A stretch of DNA of 60,447 nt, taken from a virus. The stretch is from positions 1-60,447 of IMG/VR virus record IMGVR_UViG_3300017773_000009; one strand, written 5' to 3'. The position numbers and the translations under genes are program-made. Positions 18,638-28,638 of the stretch are shown here, one piece after another. Positions within the stretch are counted from its first letter, which is position 1, and every line of letters begins with the position of its first letter. The notes below the pieces were generated by a model. It did not search any database, was not told the DNA's origin, and was given only the letters and a program-made list of their open reading frames with translations.

Positions 18638-20226
18638 TATCTATCTATTTTTAAAATTAACTTTAATGTTGAAGAAGAACCTTCGTTAAAGTATTCGTTT
18701 ATACCATTTCTACTTAAAATAACACCTGTCCTTTTATCTACAAACTTAATCACTATAGCTGAACTAGTATATGTTGAAATAACTGGCTCAATTATATGTG
18801 GTGTATCATCTGTGTTTCCTATAAGGTGAACGCTAGTTTTATAATTTGCATCTGCTGTAGCTGAGGCAGAAAAGAAGCCTGTTATATTAAGTGTAAAGTT
18901 TTTATCTAAATCTGTATTCTCTACAACTAATGTTATTGAGGATGAAAAGTCTGTACCAAATATCTGTGCACTTGTTTTAGTAGCTGAAGCACCTGTGTTA
19001 CTTGTCCCAGTAACAAGAGTTATTAAACTATTAAGAGCTGAGTTTGTTACGTCTGGCTTTAGAGTGTATGTTTTAACACCACTTACTGTAGAAGTTGTAG
19101 TTCTTATACCATCTGAAGAAGTAACTCTGTTATCCTCAATGCTTCCAATAATGTTAGCACTGTTTGCTGTTATTGTAAATGTGTTTGCTGGACTTTCTGT
19201 AACAGTAACAGAAGATGAACCATTAATACTTACACTAGCAGCAGAGCCACCAGCAGGAACCACTAACTGTGGACCTGTCTTATCACAACCACTACACTCC
19301 TCAGTACAGTTTGTTATAGACTTTATTTCATTAAAGTATTGAGCAGCTTTTGTAGAATCAGAAATCCTAGCCTTTTCGTAAAGACTTAATAACTGAGTTG
19401 CTCTACTTAATGTTTTGAATAATCTATCTGCCAACACAGGGTTGTTAGATAAAGCACTCCTATATTTTTTATCTAGAGAGTCTAAACACTTCTCTGCATC
19501 AGTACCATCAAACTGGCAAGCTACCTCAACAGTAGCACCTCCATCAACAACATCTGTAATCTTTACCTTCTGAGATAAAGAACTTTCAAAGTCATAAGTT
19601 ACATCTGTACTAACACTGTGTCTAACAACGCCAGTGTATAATGGGTCTGACATAACTATAGTCTTGCCACTACCTGAAATGTCTGCGTTAGAAACACCAG
19701 CAGGATATGTTGCTTTGTTACTCCTTGTAGAAGTTACAGTAGCACCAGTAACAGAATAGTCTGATAAGTCTATTAGGTTTAGGATTGCTGTAGTGCAGTT
19801 TAGTTTGCTTGTAAGTTGAGATGATGGTCTTGTATAGTTTACTGTAAATGTTTCAGTATAAGTATATTCATCAGCACCATTTACTTTAGTAAACATTTGA
19901 ACACTGTATTCTCCTGAAATGAAAACATAATCACTAACATTTTCAACTATTCCACCTGCACCTAAAGATGCTGAGGTAAATACATCTGAATCGTCAACAT
20001 TACCATCTGATTGTATTGTACTATCTATGTGGTCTCCATATGCAGAGCCAGAAACTATAGACTGACCATTTGGGTTTGTTACAATAAAGTAAACCTTTAC
20101 AGTTTGTCCAGCAGAATATGAGCCAGTTGTGTAGTTTGTTAAATCTTCTATTTTTATAGAGCCAACATTTTCAGAAGCCTGTTTCTTAAGTTGAAATGTT
20201 ACTCTTATATCTTGGGTTAAAGCCAT
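18637..20226 (-). CDS. Ser/Thr-rich beta-rich structural protein (529 aa)
   Basis: Complete ORF. First gene after a terminator and TATATTTG box. Confidence 0.4.
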   Translation of the reverse strand: MALTQDIRVTFQLKKQASENVGSIKIEDLTNYTTGSYSAGQTVKVYFIVTNPNGQSIVSGSAYGDHIDSTIQSDGNVDDSDVFTSASLGAGGIVENVSDYVFISGEYSVQMFTKVNGADEYTYTETFTVNYTRPSSQLTSKLNCTTAILNLIDLSDYSVTGATVTSTRSNKATYPAGVSNADISGSGKTIVMSDPLYTGVVRHSVSTDVTYDFESSLSQKVKITDVVDGGATVEVACQFDGTDAEKCLDSLDKKYRSALSNNPVLADRLFKTLSRATQLLSLYEKARISDSTKAAQYFNEIKSITNCTEECSGCDKTGPQLVVPAGGSAASVSINGSSSVTVTESPANTFTITANSANIIGSIEDNRVTSSDGIRTTTSTVSGVKTYTLKPDVTNSALNSLITLVTGTSNTGASATKTSAQIFGTDFSSSITLVVENTDLDKNFTLNITGFFSASATADANYKTSVHLIGNTDDTPHIIEPVISTYTSSAIVIKFVDKRTGVILSRNGINEYFNEGSSSTLKLILKIDR

Positions 20227-20258
20227 TGTATTATTTTTAAGGTCTTTATATTAGGATA

Positions 20259-20266
20259 CAAATATA
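20259..20266 (-). promoter_or_regulatory. Candidate -7 box (TATATTTG, minus strand) 32 nt upstream of the 529-aa gene
   Basis: caaatata on the plus strand. No -33 TTG at the expected spacing; that position overlaps the terminator U-tract. Confidence 0.3.
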
Positions 20267-20277
20267 CAAAAAAATTA

Positions 20278-20313
20278 TGAAAAAAGAAAGCCCTAACCAG
20301 ATAGAAAGGGCTC
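20278..20313 (-). terminator. Candidate intrinsic terminator after the 296-aa gene
   Basis: Minus-strand RNA AGCCCU-(12 nt)-AGGGCU followed by UUCUUUUUU. Short 6-bp stem. Confidence 0.45.
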
Positions 20314-20334
20314 TCGTAAATATGTAGCAGTATA

Positions 20335-21225
20335 CTACTCCTCTAATTCTTTCAAGATTTGAGAGTAAACTACCTCTCCATCTTTCTCATAAAGGAAGTT
20401 AACAAAGTAATCTATTGGGTTCTTTCCTATAGGAATATTTACAATAGTTTGTTTTTGACCAGCTCTTTTCCAGAAGTATTCATAATGGTCGTGACCAATA
20501 ATATCATAGTCCTCTGCTAAAAGTATGTGATATTTTTTCTCAGCCTTTGGGTCATTGAACTCTTCAATAAACTTAGCAGGGTCTTTCTCTGCCATTATCT
20601 TAAGGTCATACTTAATCTCTTGAAGACCTCTGTTTATATTAATACCCATAACCATAGCGTGAGATAACAACTTATTTTCATCTAGATTGAATACTAGATT
20701 CATAGCTTCCATTTGCTTTTCAGCAAACTGCATGTTGTTTACAATATCCTTAGAGCTATCTTTCAATCTAAACACACCACGCTTACCTCCTGTTCTGTTA
20801 GGATTATCAGAGTTGGCATTACAAGCCATCATATACTCATACAAATGTGGTTGTGTTTTTCTAACCATAAGTGTACCATTTTTGAATACAATAGAGCTAA
20901 CCTTTACATTTTCAGACTGCTCATCAACAAATATTGACTTCTCACCTGGAGCATATCTAATCTTTCTGTTTTGATTTGTGATTGGGTCGTATATAATATC
21001 AGTGCCTTTTAATATATACTGAACTGGATATTTCCTTCTGTTTGGATTACTTGAGTCTCTATATGACTTAGTTAATTCAAATACATAAGGTTTTTTCTTT
21101 TTAAGATTCTCCATTTCAATATCCCTCCTTGAAACTCTTTTAGGTTTCTTAGCAGATGTTAATGGAGATTTTATTTTTGCTTTTGGTGACTTCATAGACG
21201 CACCTGTCTCATTAGAATTTTTCAT
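20335..21225 (-). CDS. Hypothetical protein with a Lys-rich N-terminus (296 aa)
   Basis: Complete ORF flanked by hairpin/U-tract terminators on both sides. N-terminus is SPKAKIKSPLTSAKKPKRVSRR. Confidence 0.6.
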   Translation of the reverse strand: MKNSNETGASMKSPKAKIKSPLTSAKKPKRVSRRDIEMENLKKKKPYVFELTKSYRDSSNPNRRKYPVQYILKGTDIIYDPITNQNRKIRYAPGEKSIFVDEQSENVKVSSIVFKNGTLMVRKTQPHLYEYMMACNANSDNPNRTGGKRGVFRLKDSSKDIVNNMQFAEKQMEAMNLVFNLDENKLLSHAMVMGININRGLQEIKYDLKIMAEKDPAKFIEEFNDPKAEKKYHILLAEDYDIIGHDHYEYFWKRAGQKQTIVNIPIGKNPIDYFVNFLYEKDGEVVYSQILKELEE

Positions 21226-21250
21226 TTTAAAATGTTTGTTAAATTAAGTT

Positions 21251-21281
21251 AAAAAAAAGAAGGGGAGGATTTCCCTCCCCT
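21251..21281 (-). terminator. Strong intrinsic terminator after the major capsid gene
   Basis: Minus-strand RNA AGGGGAGG-GAAAU-CCUCCCCU followed by UC-UUUUUUUU. 8-bp GC-rich stem. Confidence 0.8.
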
Positions 21282-21293
21282 ATCTCAATATAA

Positions 21294-22742
21294 TTATGCT
21301 TCGATGTAAACGAATCTGTTTGCACCAAACACTTCTAAACCACGCTCAGTTCTGTAGTGGCACTTCAAGTTATCAACATCATCAGTCTTATCTTGAAGAA
21401 CAGCAGAACCTGTGAACCAGTGCTCCATCTCTCTTGAGTAAGGACCAGCTTCTTTGTAACGAATCCTCATTGAAGGTACAGCATCGCCATTACCATCTCT
21501 TTGAGTATCCATAGGAACTGTAAATCCAACTCTACCCCAGTTTTGTCCTGAAGCAGAACCTAACATACCAGTGTAAGAGAATGGGTCATAGATAGACTTG
21601 TTGAAAGTATATCCACCTCTGTTGAATTTAGTGTAACCAAAGTCAGCAGTGTCTCCCATGTTGAAGTGACCAAACTTAAATGCAGATGCAGTAGTACCAG
21701 CATTGAAGTCAGCGATTACATCATCTAACTTTAAAGAAAGTTCGATACCACAGAATAACATGTTTTCTTTAGCTCCACGCTCTCTGTCGATAGCTTTTAC
21801 CATGTCATCAATGTCATCAGTACCATAGTCTCCAAAAGCACCTGGGTCTAATTGAGTACCATTTGCTTTGATGTTAGGAATTAAACCTAAAGTTCCTGAC
21901 ATACCATTTGATGATAAATCACCAGTAGCTTGCTCACCTAAAAGCATTGTCATTTCACAGTAGTTTTGCATCCTTCTGTAAGTATCAGCCTCACCTTTTA
22001 GGTACCATAGGTAACCTTCTTTTCCATCAGCTCCCTGAACTTTTACATAAACAACATTAGTAGCTTCAGAACCTGAAACCTCAAATGATTCTTTCATAAT
22101 CATTACAGTGTTGTCTACTTTCTTAGCCTTTGGAGTTAATCCATCTGGCTGTCCAGTTGCCTCAGCAAATTCGTTACCAATGATTGGTAATAAATCTCCA
22201 TCAGCTAAAGCTAAAGTACCATTAGCGTCATCATAGAAAGCTAATTTAATAGATTCTACAGCAGCAGCACCTGGAGCGAAAGGTACAGAGAAACCATCTA
22301 CAGCAACACCATTTACTAAAGCAGAACCAGTGTGAGTCCTAAGACCTACAACCTGTGCTAAAGAACCATCAGTTAACATAACGATGTCTCCTAAACGAGC
22401 AGCAGTCCTGTGTGTAGCTGAACCATCATTTGGAGTGTCTACAGCAGCAACGATTTTTACATCAATCGTCTTAGCAGCAGCAGTATCACCTGTTACATCA
22501 GCAGAAACTTCTAAGTAGTTGTGAATGTACTCTTCCTCATAGTGAGTGAAAGTTTGTTGAGTTGTTGGTGCTTTTGCTCCCATCATCTCTAATAAACCAG
22601 TTAAATTTTGAGAACCATATCTCTTGATAAAGTCTTCAGACCTGTCTGGTTTGTGCAGGTCAAGTGTGCTAATATAGTTACTCTTCGTTGCAATTCTTGC
22701 ATTTGAAGGAGTATATGTAGCGTTAGTTGGTGTTAAAGCCAT
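21294..22742 (-). CDS. Major capsid protein (482 aa, HK97-fold class inferred)
   Basis: Lies immediately after the scaffold-like gene and before a strong terminator. The size and the N-terminal region (...GSQNLTGLLEMMGAKAPTTQQTFTHYEEEY...) are typical of podovirus capsid families. Locally GC-richer codon usage. Confidence 0.75.
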   Translation of the reverse strand: MALTPTNATYTPSNARIATKSNYISTLDLHKPDRSEDFIKRYGSQNLTGLLEMMGAKAPTTQQTFTHYEEEYIHNYLEVSADVTGDTAAAKTIDVKIVAAVDTPNDGSATHRTAARLGDIVMLTDGSLAQVVGLRTHTGSALVNGVAVDGFSVPFAPGAAAVESIKLAFYDDANGTLALADGDLLPIIGNEFAEATGQPDGLTPKAKKVDNTVMIMKESFEVSGSEATNVVYVKVQGADGKEGYLWYLKGEADTYRRMQNYCEMTMLLGEQATGDLSSNGMSGTLGLIPNIKANGTQLDPGAFGDYGTDDIDDMVKAIDRERGAKENMLFCGIELSLKLDDVIADFNAGTTASAFKFGHFNMGDTADFGYTKFNRGGYTFNKSIYDPFSYTGMLGSASGQNWGRVGFTVPMDTQRDGNGDAVPSMRIRYKEAGPYSREMEHWFTGSAVLQDKTDDVDNLKCHYRTERGLEVFGANRFVYIEA

Positions 22743-22771
22743 TTTAAAAAAGTATTAAAAAGTTAAAATTA

Positions 22772-23866
22772 TTATCTCAATATATCTCTGTAGATAACAT
22801 CTCTTACTTGGTCTTCTATGGATTTTGGTTTTGAATCTGTAGTTTGAGCTTGACTTGAAACACTTGGATTTTTAATCTCATTAACAATGTTTTCAGTTCC
22901 AGATGCCTTAGCCTGTGATACTGCACTCCTCATGATTTGGTCAAAGTATTCTAACTTATACCTATCAGAATTAAGTGTTTTCATATCAACGCTACCATCT
23001 TCCCTTTGATACTTTGCAAAGAAAGTATTCAAATCGCTGTTGAGTTTACCAATGTTTTCTCTCTGCTCATCTGTAACAACATGTCTAAACTCTTGGTCGT
23101 TTACTTTAAAAGAAACATCCTTAAGTTCTGGAACGCTAGTCTCAATGCTCTTGAGCCATTGTTCTCTCTGTTGTTGTGCTTGAGCTTGCTGTGCAGCCTG
23201 TTGCTTTTGAATATCTTCAGTGATGCTTTGTTTAGCTTCAGGCAACCTGAGCTTGTCTTGCATTTCCTTTAGAGTATTCTTAGCTTCTTTAGCAGCAGCC
23301 TTTAACTCAATCTTAGATAACCTAACCTCATCCTCATCAAAGTTTTCGTCATTCAATTTGTATTTCCTAGCAAGTAAAAAATCTGCGTCACTCTCATCCA
23401 TCTCTGGATTGTCGACTAACATTTTTTCTTTCACTAATTCTAGGTCGTTCAAACTATCGTAGTCTGTTGCCTGTGATAGTATAAAGTCTTCAAAAGAACC
23501 ACCTTTATTAAGGTATTCTTGAATCTCACTTAACCTCTCATCCAACTCTGTTTTAGTTGGTTGTTCAGTCATTTGAGTTAACTCTTCCCAGTTGTTAAAT
23601 TTACCACCTGTCTTTTCGACTAGCATTTCCTGAAACAACTTATCCCTATCTATGGTAGGCACTTCGTCAGTTTGAACTTCTGGAGTCGCTTCTACCTGTT
23701 CTTTTTGCTGTTCGCTTTGAACTGGTTCTTCTGCGACTGGTTCAGTCTTGGTTGTTTGCTCTTCAACAGTTTCCTGCTTCTGAGCCTCTTCATTATTTAA
23801 AGAACTTTCTTGGTCACCACCTTGTAATTTAGACAAGGCTTCTGCCATATAATCATTATTGTTCAT
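22772..23866 (-). CDS. Scaffolding protein (364 aa)
   Basis: Highly acidic, E/Q/K-rich predicted helical protein between the portal and capsid genes. Confidence 0.65.
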   Translation of the reverse strand: MNNNDYMAEALSKLQGGDQESSLNNEEAQKQETVEEQTTKTEPVAEEPVQSEQQKEQVEATPEVQTDEVPTIDRDKLFQEMLVEKTGGKFNNWEELTQMTEQPTKTELDERLSEIQEYLNKGGSFEDFILSQATDYDSLNDLELVKEKMLVDNPEMDESDADFLLARKYKLNDENFDEDEVRLSKIELKAAAKEAKNTLKEMQDKLRLPEAKQSITEDIQKQQAAQQAQAQQQREQWLKSIETSVPELKDVSFKVNDQEFRHVVTDEQRENIGKLNSDLNTFFAKYQREDGSVDMKTLNSDRYKLEYFDQIMRSAVSQAKASGTENIVNEIKNPSVSSQAQTTDSKPKSIEDQVRDVIYRDILR

Positions 23867-23899
23867 ATTTATTAATTAAATTAAGTTACCTATTAGTTT

Positions 23900-23929
23900 G
23901 CAAATATAATAAAAATTTAGTATAAATCA
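23900..23929 (-). promoter_or_regulatory. Candidate Bacteroidota promoter (TTG-N19-TATATTTG, minus strand) upstream of the scaffold gene
   Basis: caaatata at 23900-23907 and caa at 23927-23929 on the plus strand. Confidence 0.45.
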
Positions 23930-23932
23930 AAA

Positions 23933-26227
23933 TTATCCCTGAGCTTGACCCTTCCTTTCAGAACGCTCTCTCTCAATTTTCTGCTGATTGTTACCCTCCA
24001 AGTCTTTTGACAAACTTAAAAGTTCCATCTTTCTCATGTGTTCTGCTTTTGCAAATTCTTCTTTTAAGCTATATTCGATTTTCATCTTTTCAGATTCAAT
24101 AGCTAGAGCTTGTTGAGTCTCTTGCTGTTTCATTTGACCAGCCATTTGAGTTGATTGCATTTGCTGTTGAGCGTTAGCTTGAGAGTTTGCTTGAGCCTGT
24201 TCTTGTAGCTCTTTCATATACTTCTTCCTTCTGTACACTAACATCCTATTTGCTAGCTTTGTATTTTTTATTGAGCGAATAAGTATAGCGTCTTCAATCC
24301 TAAGTTCTTTCTGAGATAGAGATATTTGTATATTCTGTTCTAGTATAGCCTTTTGTTCTTCATCAGGCATAACATCAATAAACACACCAAAGTCTATCTC
24401 TCTCATATCGTCTATATCCTTGAATGAATTTATAGCAGAGGTTCCTAGAGCTTGGTCATATATTTCAAAATCTCCTAAGTATGTTACAACATCTTGAACC
24501 CTTCTGACAACACTCCTTGAAGCTCTACCAATAATATTAAAGTAAGCACTATTGATTGACCTTGTTGCATTGTTAGAAGACATTAGAGCCATTTTCTGAA
24601 CACCAATTAAAGAATCTTTAGATGGTGTTGAACCATCTCTAACCTCATTAATACCTGTTACGTCTCTAATCCTTTCTAGGTTGTAGTTGTATATAGATAT
24701 TAAATTACCAAGGTCTCTACCAATACCATTTTCTAACTCCATAATAGGAGGTCCTGATGAAGCATTACCCTCATCATCTAATCTCCTGTAGTAGAAGTTA
24801 CCTGTCTGGTCATATATAGACTGTAGTTCTAGTGGGTCCCATGTAGCACCACCATCACCCTTGGTTACATTCTCTAATCCACCAACCTCAATAGCTAATC
24901 CTTTTGGTCTAGCTTTAGCTACTAGTTGTTGAATTTTTAAGTGTGCCAACTGAATCTGGTCAGCGAATGGAATCATTCTAGACACTAGAGATTTAAACCT
25001 CATATCTTTCATCCCAGGAGAGAATACTATATAAGACAACATAGTCTCAGACAAAAATCCTTTTGGTCTTTCTTGATTCTTAGCTCTACCAAAATCAAAA
25101 ACAAAGTCAGTTCCAACTATAAATTTACCAACATATTTGTTTTTTACCTGTACATTTTTTTGTTCTCTCTTGTACTTACTATTCTTTGGTGGGTCATATT
25201 CAAAATCTTTTTTATTAAAAGAGTATCCACCAAATCTATTCTTTTTCTTTTCATACTTGTATGTATCAACAGCTAAAAATTCTGCATCCATAACCTCTAT
25301 AGTATAATCATCATAAGGACTAGCACCATAACCATAGTCGCTATTACTACTTGTTCTCTCTTGATTACTATACTTTGTAGAAACTAGTGTAGCCATTTCT
25401 TCATAATCTTCATCAGAGAATTGGTCTCCTGCCATTCTCTTTAAATCTCTTATGCTCATCTTCACAATCTCTCCAGCATGAACCATGTCTCTAAAGTCTG
25501 GGCTTGAAGTGTAAGATGTTACAAGTCTCTGTGGGTCTACATATCTAACTTTAACCTGACCATTAACCTCAGTCTCTGTTTTTACCCCACATATACCCAG
25601 TACAATTAAATCTCTAATTAACTCCTCTCTAACTACATCAAAGTCACAAGCCTCTACAACAAACTTTATAGCTTGTTCCATGGCGATTTCAGCAGCCTGC
25701 TTATAGTTTAAATCCATAAACAAATCAACCTCCTCCTCATCATCTAGAACTGGTCTACCTTGTTGTAGGTCAACACCCATACCTTTTAACTTTTCTGAAA
25801 CCTCTTTCATCTTCATGTCAGTCAAAAGTTCTGCTCTCTCTTGTTTTCTTTTTGTAGCAGATAGTGGGTCGATTGCATTACACATAATATCAAAATCTTG
25901 ATTCATCATACCACCTGTAATAACATCTACAAACTTAGGGATGATAGCTATAGGTGTCCAGTCAAGATTCATATAAGACTGGTCTCCTTGATTGTCAAGT
26001 AAGTCTTTATACTTCTGAACGCTTTGATTCCCCTCAGAATATCTTCTATTCTCTGCAAAACTTAACTTCTGATAGTCATAAAGAGTTGCATCTCTCTTAA
26101 TGTGGTCAGAATACATTTGTTTTAAATAAGCTAGGATATACTCTTTGGTATTCTTAACTTCTGGAGATACAAATGGAGAAGGATACCCATTTGACTCTGA
26201 TACTTTATTTCCAAAATTATTATACAT
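23933..26227 (-). CDS. Portal protein (764 aa)
   Basis: Large ORF directly downstream of terL (1-nt gap) and upstream of the scaffold gene. Q-rich C-terminal tail. Assignment is by size and synteny. Confidence 0.7.
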   Translation of the reverse strand: MYNNFGNKVSESNGYPSPFVSPEVKNTKEYILAYLKQMYSDHIKRDATLYDYQKLSFAENRRYSEGNQSVQKYKDLLDNQGDQSYMNLDWTPIAIIPKFVDVITGGMMNQDFDIMCNAIDPLSATKRKQERAELLTDMKMKEVSEKLKGMGVDLQQGRPVLDDEEEVDLFMDLNYKQAAEIAMEQAIKFVVEACDFDVVREELIRDLIVLGICGVKTETEVNGQVKVRYVDPQRLVTSYTSSPDFRDMVHAGEIVKMSIRDLKRMAGDQFSDEDYEEMATLVSTKYSNQERTSSNSDYGYGASPYDDYTIEVMDAEFLAVDTYKYEKKKNRFGGYSFNKKDFEYDPPKNSKYKREQKNVQVKNKYVGKFIVGTDFVFDFGRAKNQERPKGFLSETMLSYIVFSPGMKDMRFKSLVSRMIPFADQIQLAHLKIQQLVAKARPKGLAIEVGGLENVTKGDGGATWDPLELQSIYDQTGNFYYRRLDDEGNASSGPPIMELENGIGRDLGNLISIYNYNLERIRDVTGINEVRDGSTPSKDSLIGVQKMALMSSNNATRSINSAYFNIIGRASRSVVRRVQDVVTYLGDFEIYDQALGTSAINSFKDIDDMREIDFGVFIDVMPDEEQKAILEQNIQISLSQKELRIEDAILIRSIKNTKLANRMLVYRRKKYMKELQEQAQANSQANAQQQMQSTQMAGQMKQQETQQALAIESEKMKIEYSLKEEFAKAEHMRKMELLSLSKDLEGNNQQKIERERSERKGQAQG

Positions 26228-26228
26228 T

Positions 26229-28223
26229 TTATCTAATTATTTTTGATGTCATTCCTCTATTATTGAATCTTTTGACAAATACTATTGGTTTACTATTTTG
26301 TTTCTTTACTTTAACATGCTTCTGTGCAGCGAGTAGCGTTATACCTGAAGCCATACTAGCATCATACTTTGTTCTATTGTCTGGCTCAAATTCTGCCCAG
26401 TCTAGTAGTAGGTTTTGAAAGAAGCACCTACCTATAGCTCCTGAATCCTCATCATACCCTACAGCCTCATAAACATAAGCTTGTATAGAATCAATGATAC
26501 TGTTTATAACAGCCTCACCTGAAGATGGTAGTCCTTTAATTTTTTGTCCCCTACTATTTTTTGTATGTGTAACCTCTGGTCTTTCCATAAGGTATTCACC
26601 ATAACCCCTCTGTTCCATGTAGTTTATTAGACCAATCTTGTTATTCTCTACAAGTATTTGACAACCATAGAACTTACACATCATAATCATATCTTCATAA
26701 AACATCTGTACTGTAGCAGGTCTGTTTATATACTCTGCAACAAACATGTGTGTTTCTGCTGGTAGAGCAGGGTTGTATTTTCTAAATACATAAGCAGCAG
26801 CATCTGACCTCTTACCATCTGTTGTGGTTTTGTGGTCGTAAGGGTCTACTCCAGCCACGATAGTGGCTTCGTTTTTTGGAGCCCACTTACCCCTTCGCTT
26901 CATTACTTCATTCCTGTCTTCCAAGTTTGGAAGCCATGCTATTTCCCATCTACCATTTCTATCTGGAACAAAAACTACATCATTATCCTTAACACCATTA
27001 GACCATATAAAGTTTCCCTTGAATGTCATTGGTCTTATCAAACCTTCCATGTAGTCTAGCTGTGAGTATATCTTCTCTGAATCAAAGGCACAGCTTTTAT
27101 TGTCTATCCTAAACGCTTCCTCTGGTGTGTATGGGAACTGACGCTTGTGCTCAGAGAGTCTAGATGTGTCATTCTTCAAACTCTCTCTGATGTTATCAAG
27201 GTACTCTTTCGCACCTTTGATGTCAGAGTTACCATATTCATCAATGAATCCTTCGTACCCATCATATGCTGGTGTAAAGTATCTGTATAATCCAGACCTT
27301 GTTCTACCATTACCATCTCTCTCTTCAGGGTCACTGTCATCCCAGATAGCTTTATACTTCTGTCCACCACCCTTAGTCATTTCGTTTACTGTCGATGGCA
27401 TGAAACACTTACCTACAATGTTGGTACCTACAGAGAGACATGGTTTAACAATCTGCCAGTTTTTAGATACATCAGCCTCTTCCCATTTCCCAGCCTCATC
27501 ACACATGTAATACTTTAGCTTAGTAGAGTCATAAGAGTTTTCTTTTGTGTTCCTCCAGTCTATCTTTGAGTTTAGTGCGTTTGATTTTTGCACACCCCTA
27601 GTTGTCTTAGTAATCCTTTCACCAGGTTTGTTAAATGATAGTACAGATTTAGGATTATCTGTTCCATCAATGATAGGTTGGAAAAATGGTGGTAGGTTTC
27701 TAAACATGTAAACCACCTTCTCGAAAAGTTCTCTCGCATCCTTACCAGTCTTTGATAGTAGACCACCATGTGCATTATAGTTTTGTGTTATATCATACAG
27801 AGCCATGCAAGCACCCTTCCATGAAGCACCTTCTCTTCTGTGCTTAATCATCTGCATTCCATATGAGTTTGTATCTTTCTTGCATTCTTCCCAGAAAAGG
27901 AAGAACCTCCTGTCTCTATCCCTGTAGTCAGGGTAACCAATATCAATCTTAGACCAGTTGAGGTAGAAGTAATGATTGCCAGTAATGTAAGTTTCTACCC
28001 CATTATTCATGAACCACATACCATTCTCTCTCCTGTCGTACTCTTGTTTTACAAAAGCAGCCTTGTCTCTTGAGTTCATGTAATCCCAGTCACTAGGTAA
28101 TTCAGTTCTGGTCCATCTTTGATTTTCTTTAGCAAGATTGTAGCCAAGGATTTGTTCCTTCGCTGGCTTAAGTGGCAGCTCTATAGATAGCTCACTAATA
28201 TTTACCTTTTGTCTTCTCGCCAT
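26229..28223 (-). CDS. terL: Terminase large subunit (664 aa)
   Basis: Walker-B-like LKYYMCDEAGKWEE, RNaseH-like nuclease aspartate motif IVAGVDPYDH, and a position upstream of the portal gene. Confidence 0.85.
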   Translation of the reverse strand: MARRQKVNISELSIELPLKPAKEQILGYNLAKENQRWTRTELPSDWDYMNSRDKAAFVKQEYDRRENGMWFMNNGVETYITGNHYFYLNWSKIDIGYPDYRDRDRRFFLFWEECKKDTNSYGMQMIKHRREGASWKGACMALYDITQNYNAHGGLLSKTGKDARELFEKVVYMFRNLPPFFQPIIDGTDNPKSVLSFNKPGERITKTTRGVQKSNALNSKIDWRNTKENSYDSTKLKYYMCDEAGKWEEADVSKNWQIVKPCLSVGTNIVGKCFMPSTVNEMTKGGGQKYKAIWDDSDPEERDGNGRTRSGLYRYFTPAYDGYEGFIDEYGNSDIKGAKEYLDNIRESLKNDTSRLSEHKRQFPYTPEEAFRIDNKSCAFDSEKIYSQLDYMEGLIRPMTFKGNFIWSNGVKDNDVVFVPDRNGRWEIAWLPNLEDRNEVMKRRGKWAPKNEATIVAGVDPYDHKTTTDGKRSDAAAYVFRKYNPALPAETHMFVAEYINRPATVQMFYEDMIMMCKFYGCQILVENNKIGLINYMEQRGYGEYLMERPEVTHTKNSRGQKIKGLPSSGEAVINSIIDSIQAYVYEAVGYDEDSGAIGRCFFQNLLLDWAEFEPDNRTKYDASMASGITLLAAQKHVKVKKQNSKPIVFVKRFNNRGMTSKIIR

Positions 28224-28242
28224 TGGTAGTTTAATAGATTTA

Positions 28243-28273
28243 CAAATATACGAATATTATTTTGATATATCAA
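28243..28273 (-). promoter_or_regulatory. Candidate promoter (TTG-N20-TATATTTG, minus strand) upstream of terL
   Basis: caaatata at 28243-28250 and caa at 28271-28273 on the plus strand. Confidence 0.45.
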
Positions 28274-28353
28274 TAGAGTTTTGTATGTTTGTACTTTGTA
28301 GGTATTTTTCTTACATAGTTTCAAAGTTTTCGTATAAGAAAGGGTAGTTTTAA

Positions 28354-28638
28354 CTACTCTTTTTTATTTGCGAACTTTTCTGCAAAACCTGCACTGTATG
28401 TACCATCATCAGACTCTATCTCCTCACCATTGAGTTGTGCTTCTAACTTAGCAATATCTCCAATAATCTTTTGAGCATCTTCAAAGCATTCTCTCTTTGC
28501 TTTAGCAGCGTTACGAGCTTTATCATCTTGTAACTCTTCTCTATCTAATGGTCTTTCAATCTCTTCAATAAGAATGTCTACACTCTTCTTGGCAGCTTGA
28601 ATTAACCTAACTATACTTTCTTTTGTGTAATTATTCAT
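28354..28638 (-). CDS. Small helical acidic protein (94 aa); small-terminase role possible by position only
   Basis: Complete ORF upstream of terL. No diagnostic motif recognised. Confidence 0.3.
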   Translation of the reverse strand: MNNYTKESIVRLIQAAKKSVDILIEEIERPLDREELQDDKARNAAKAKRECFEDAQKIIGDIAKLEAQLNGEEIESDDGTYSAGFAEKFANKKE

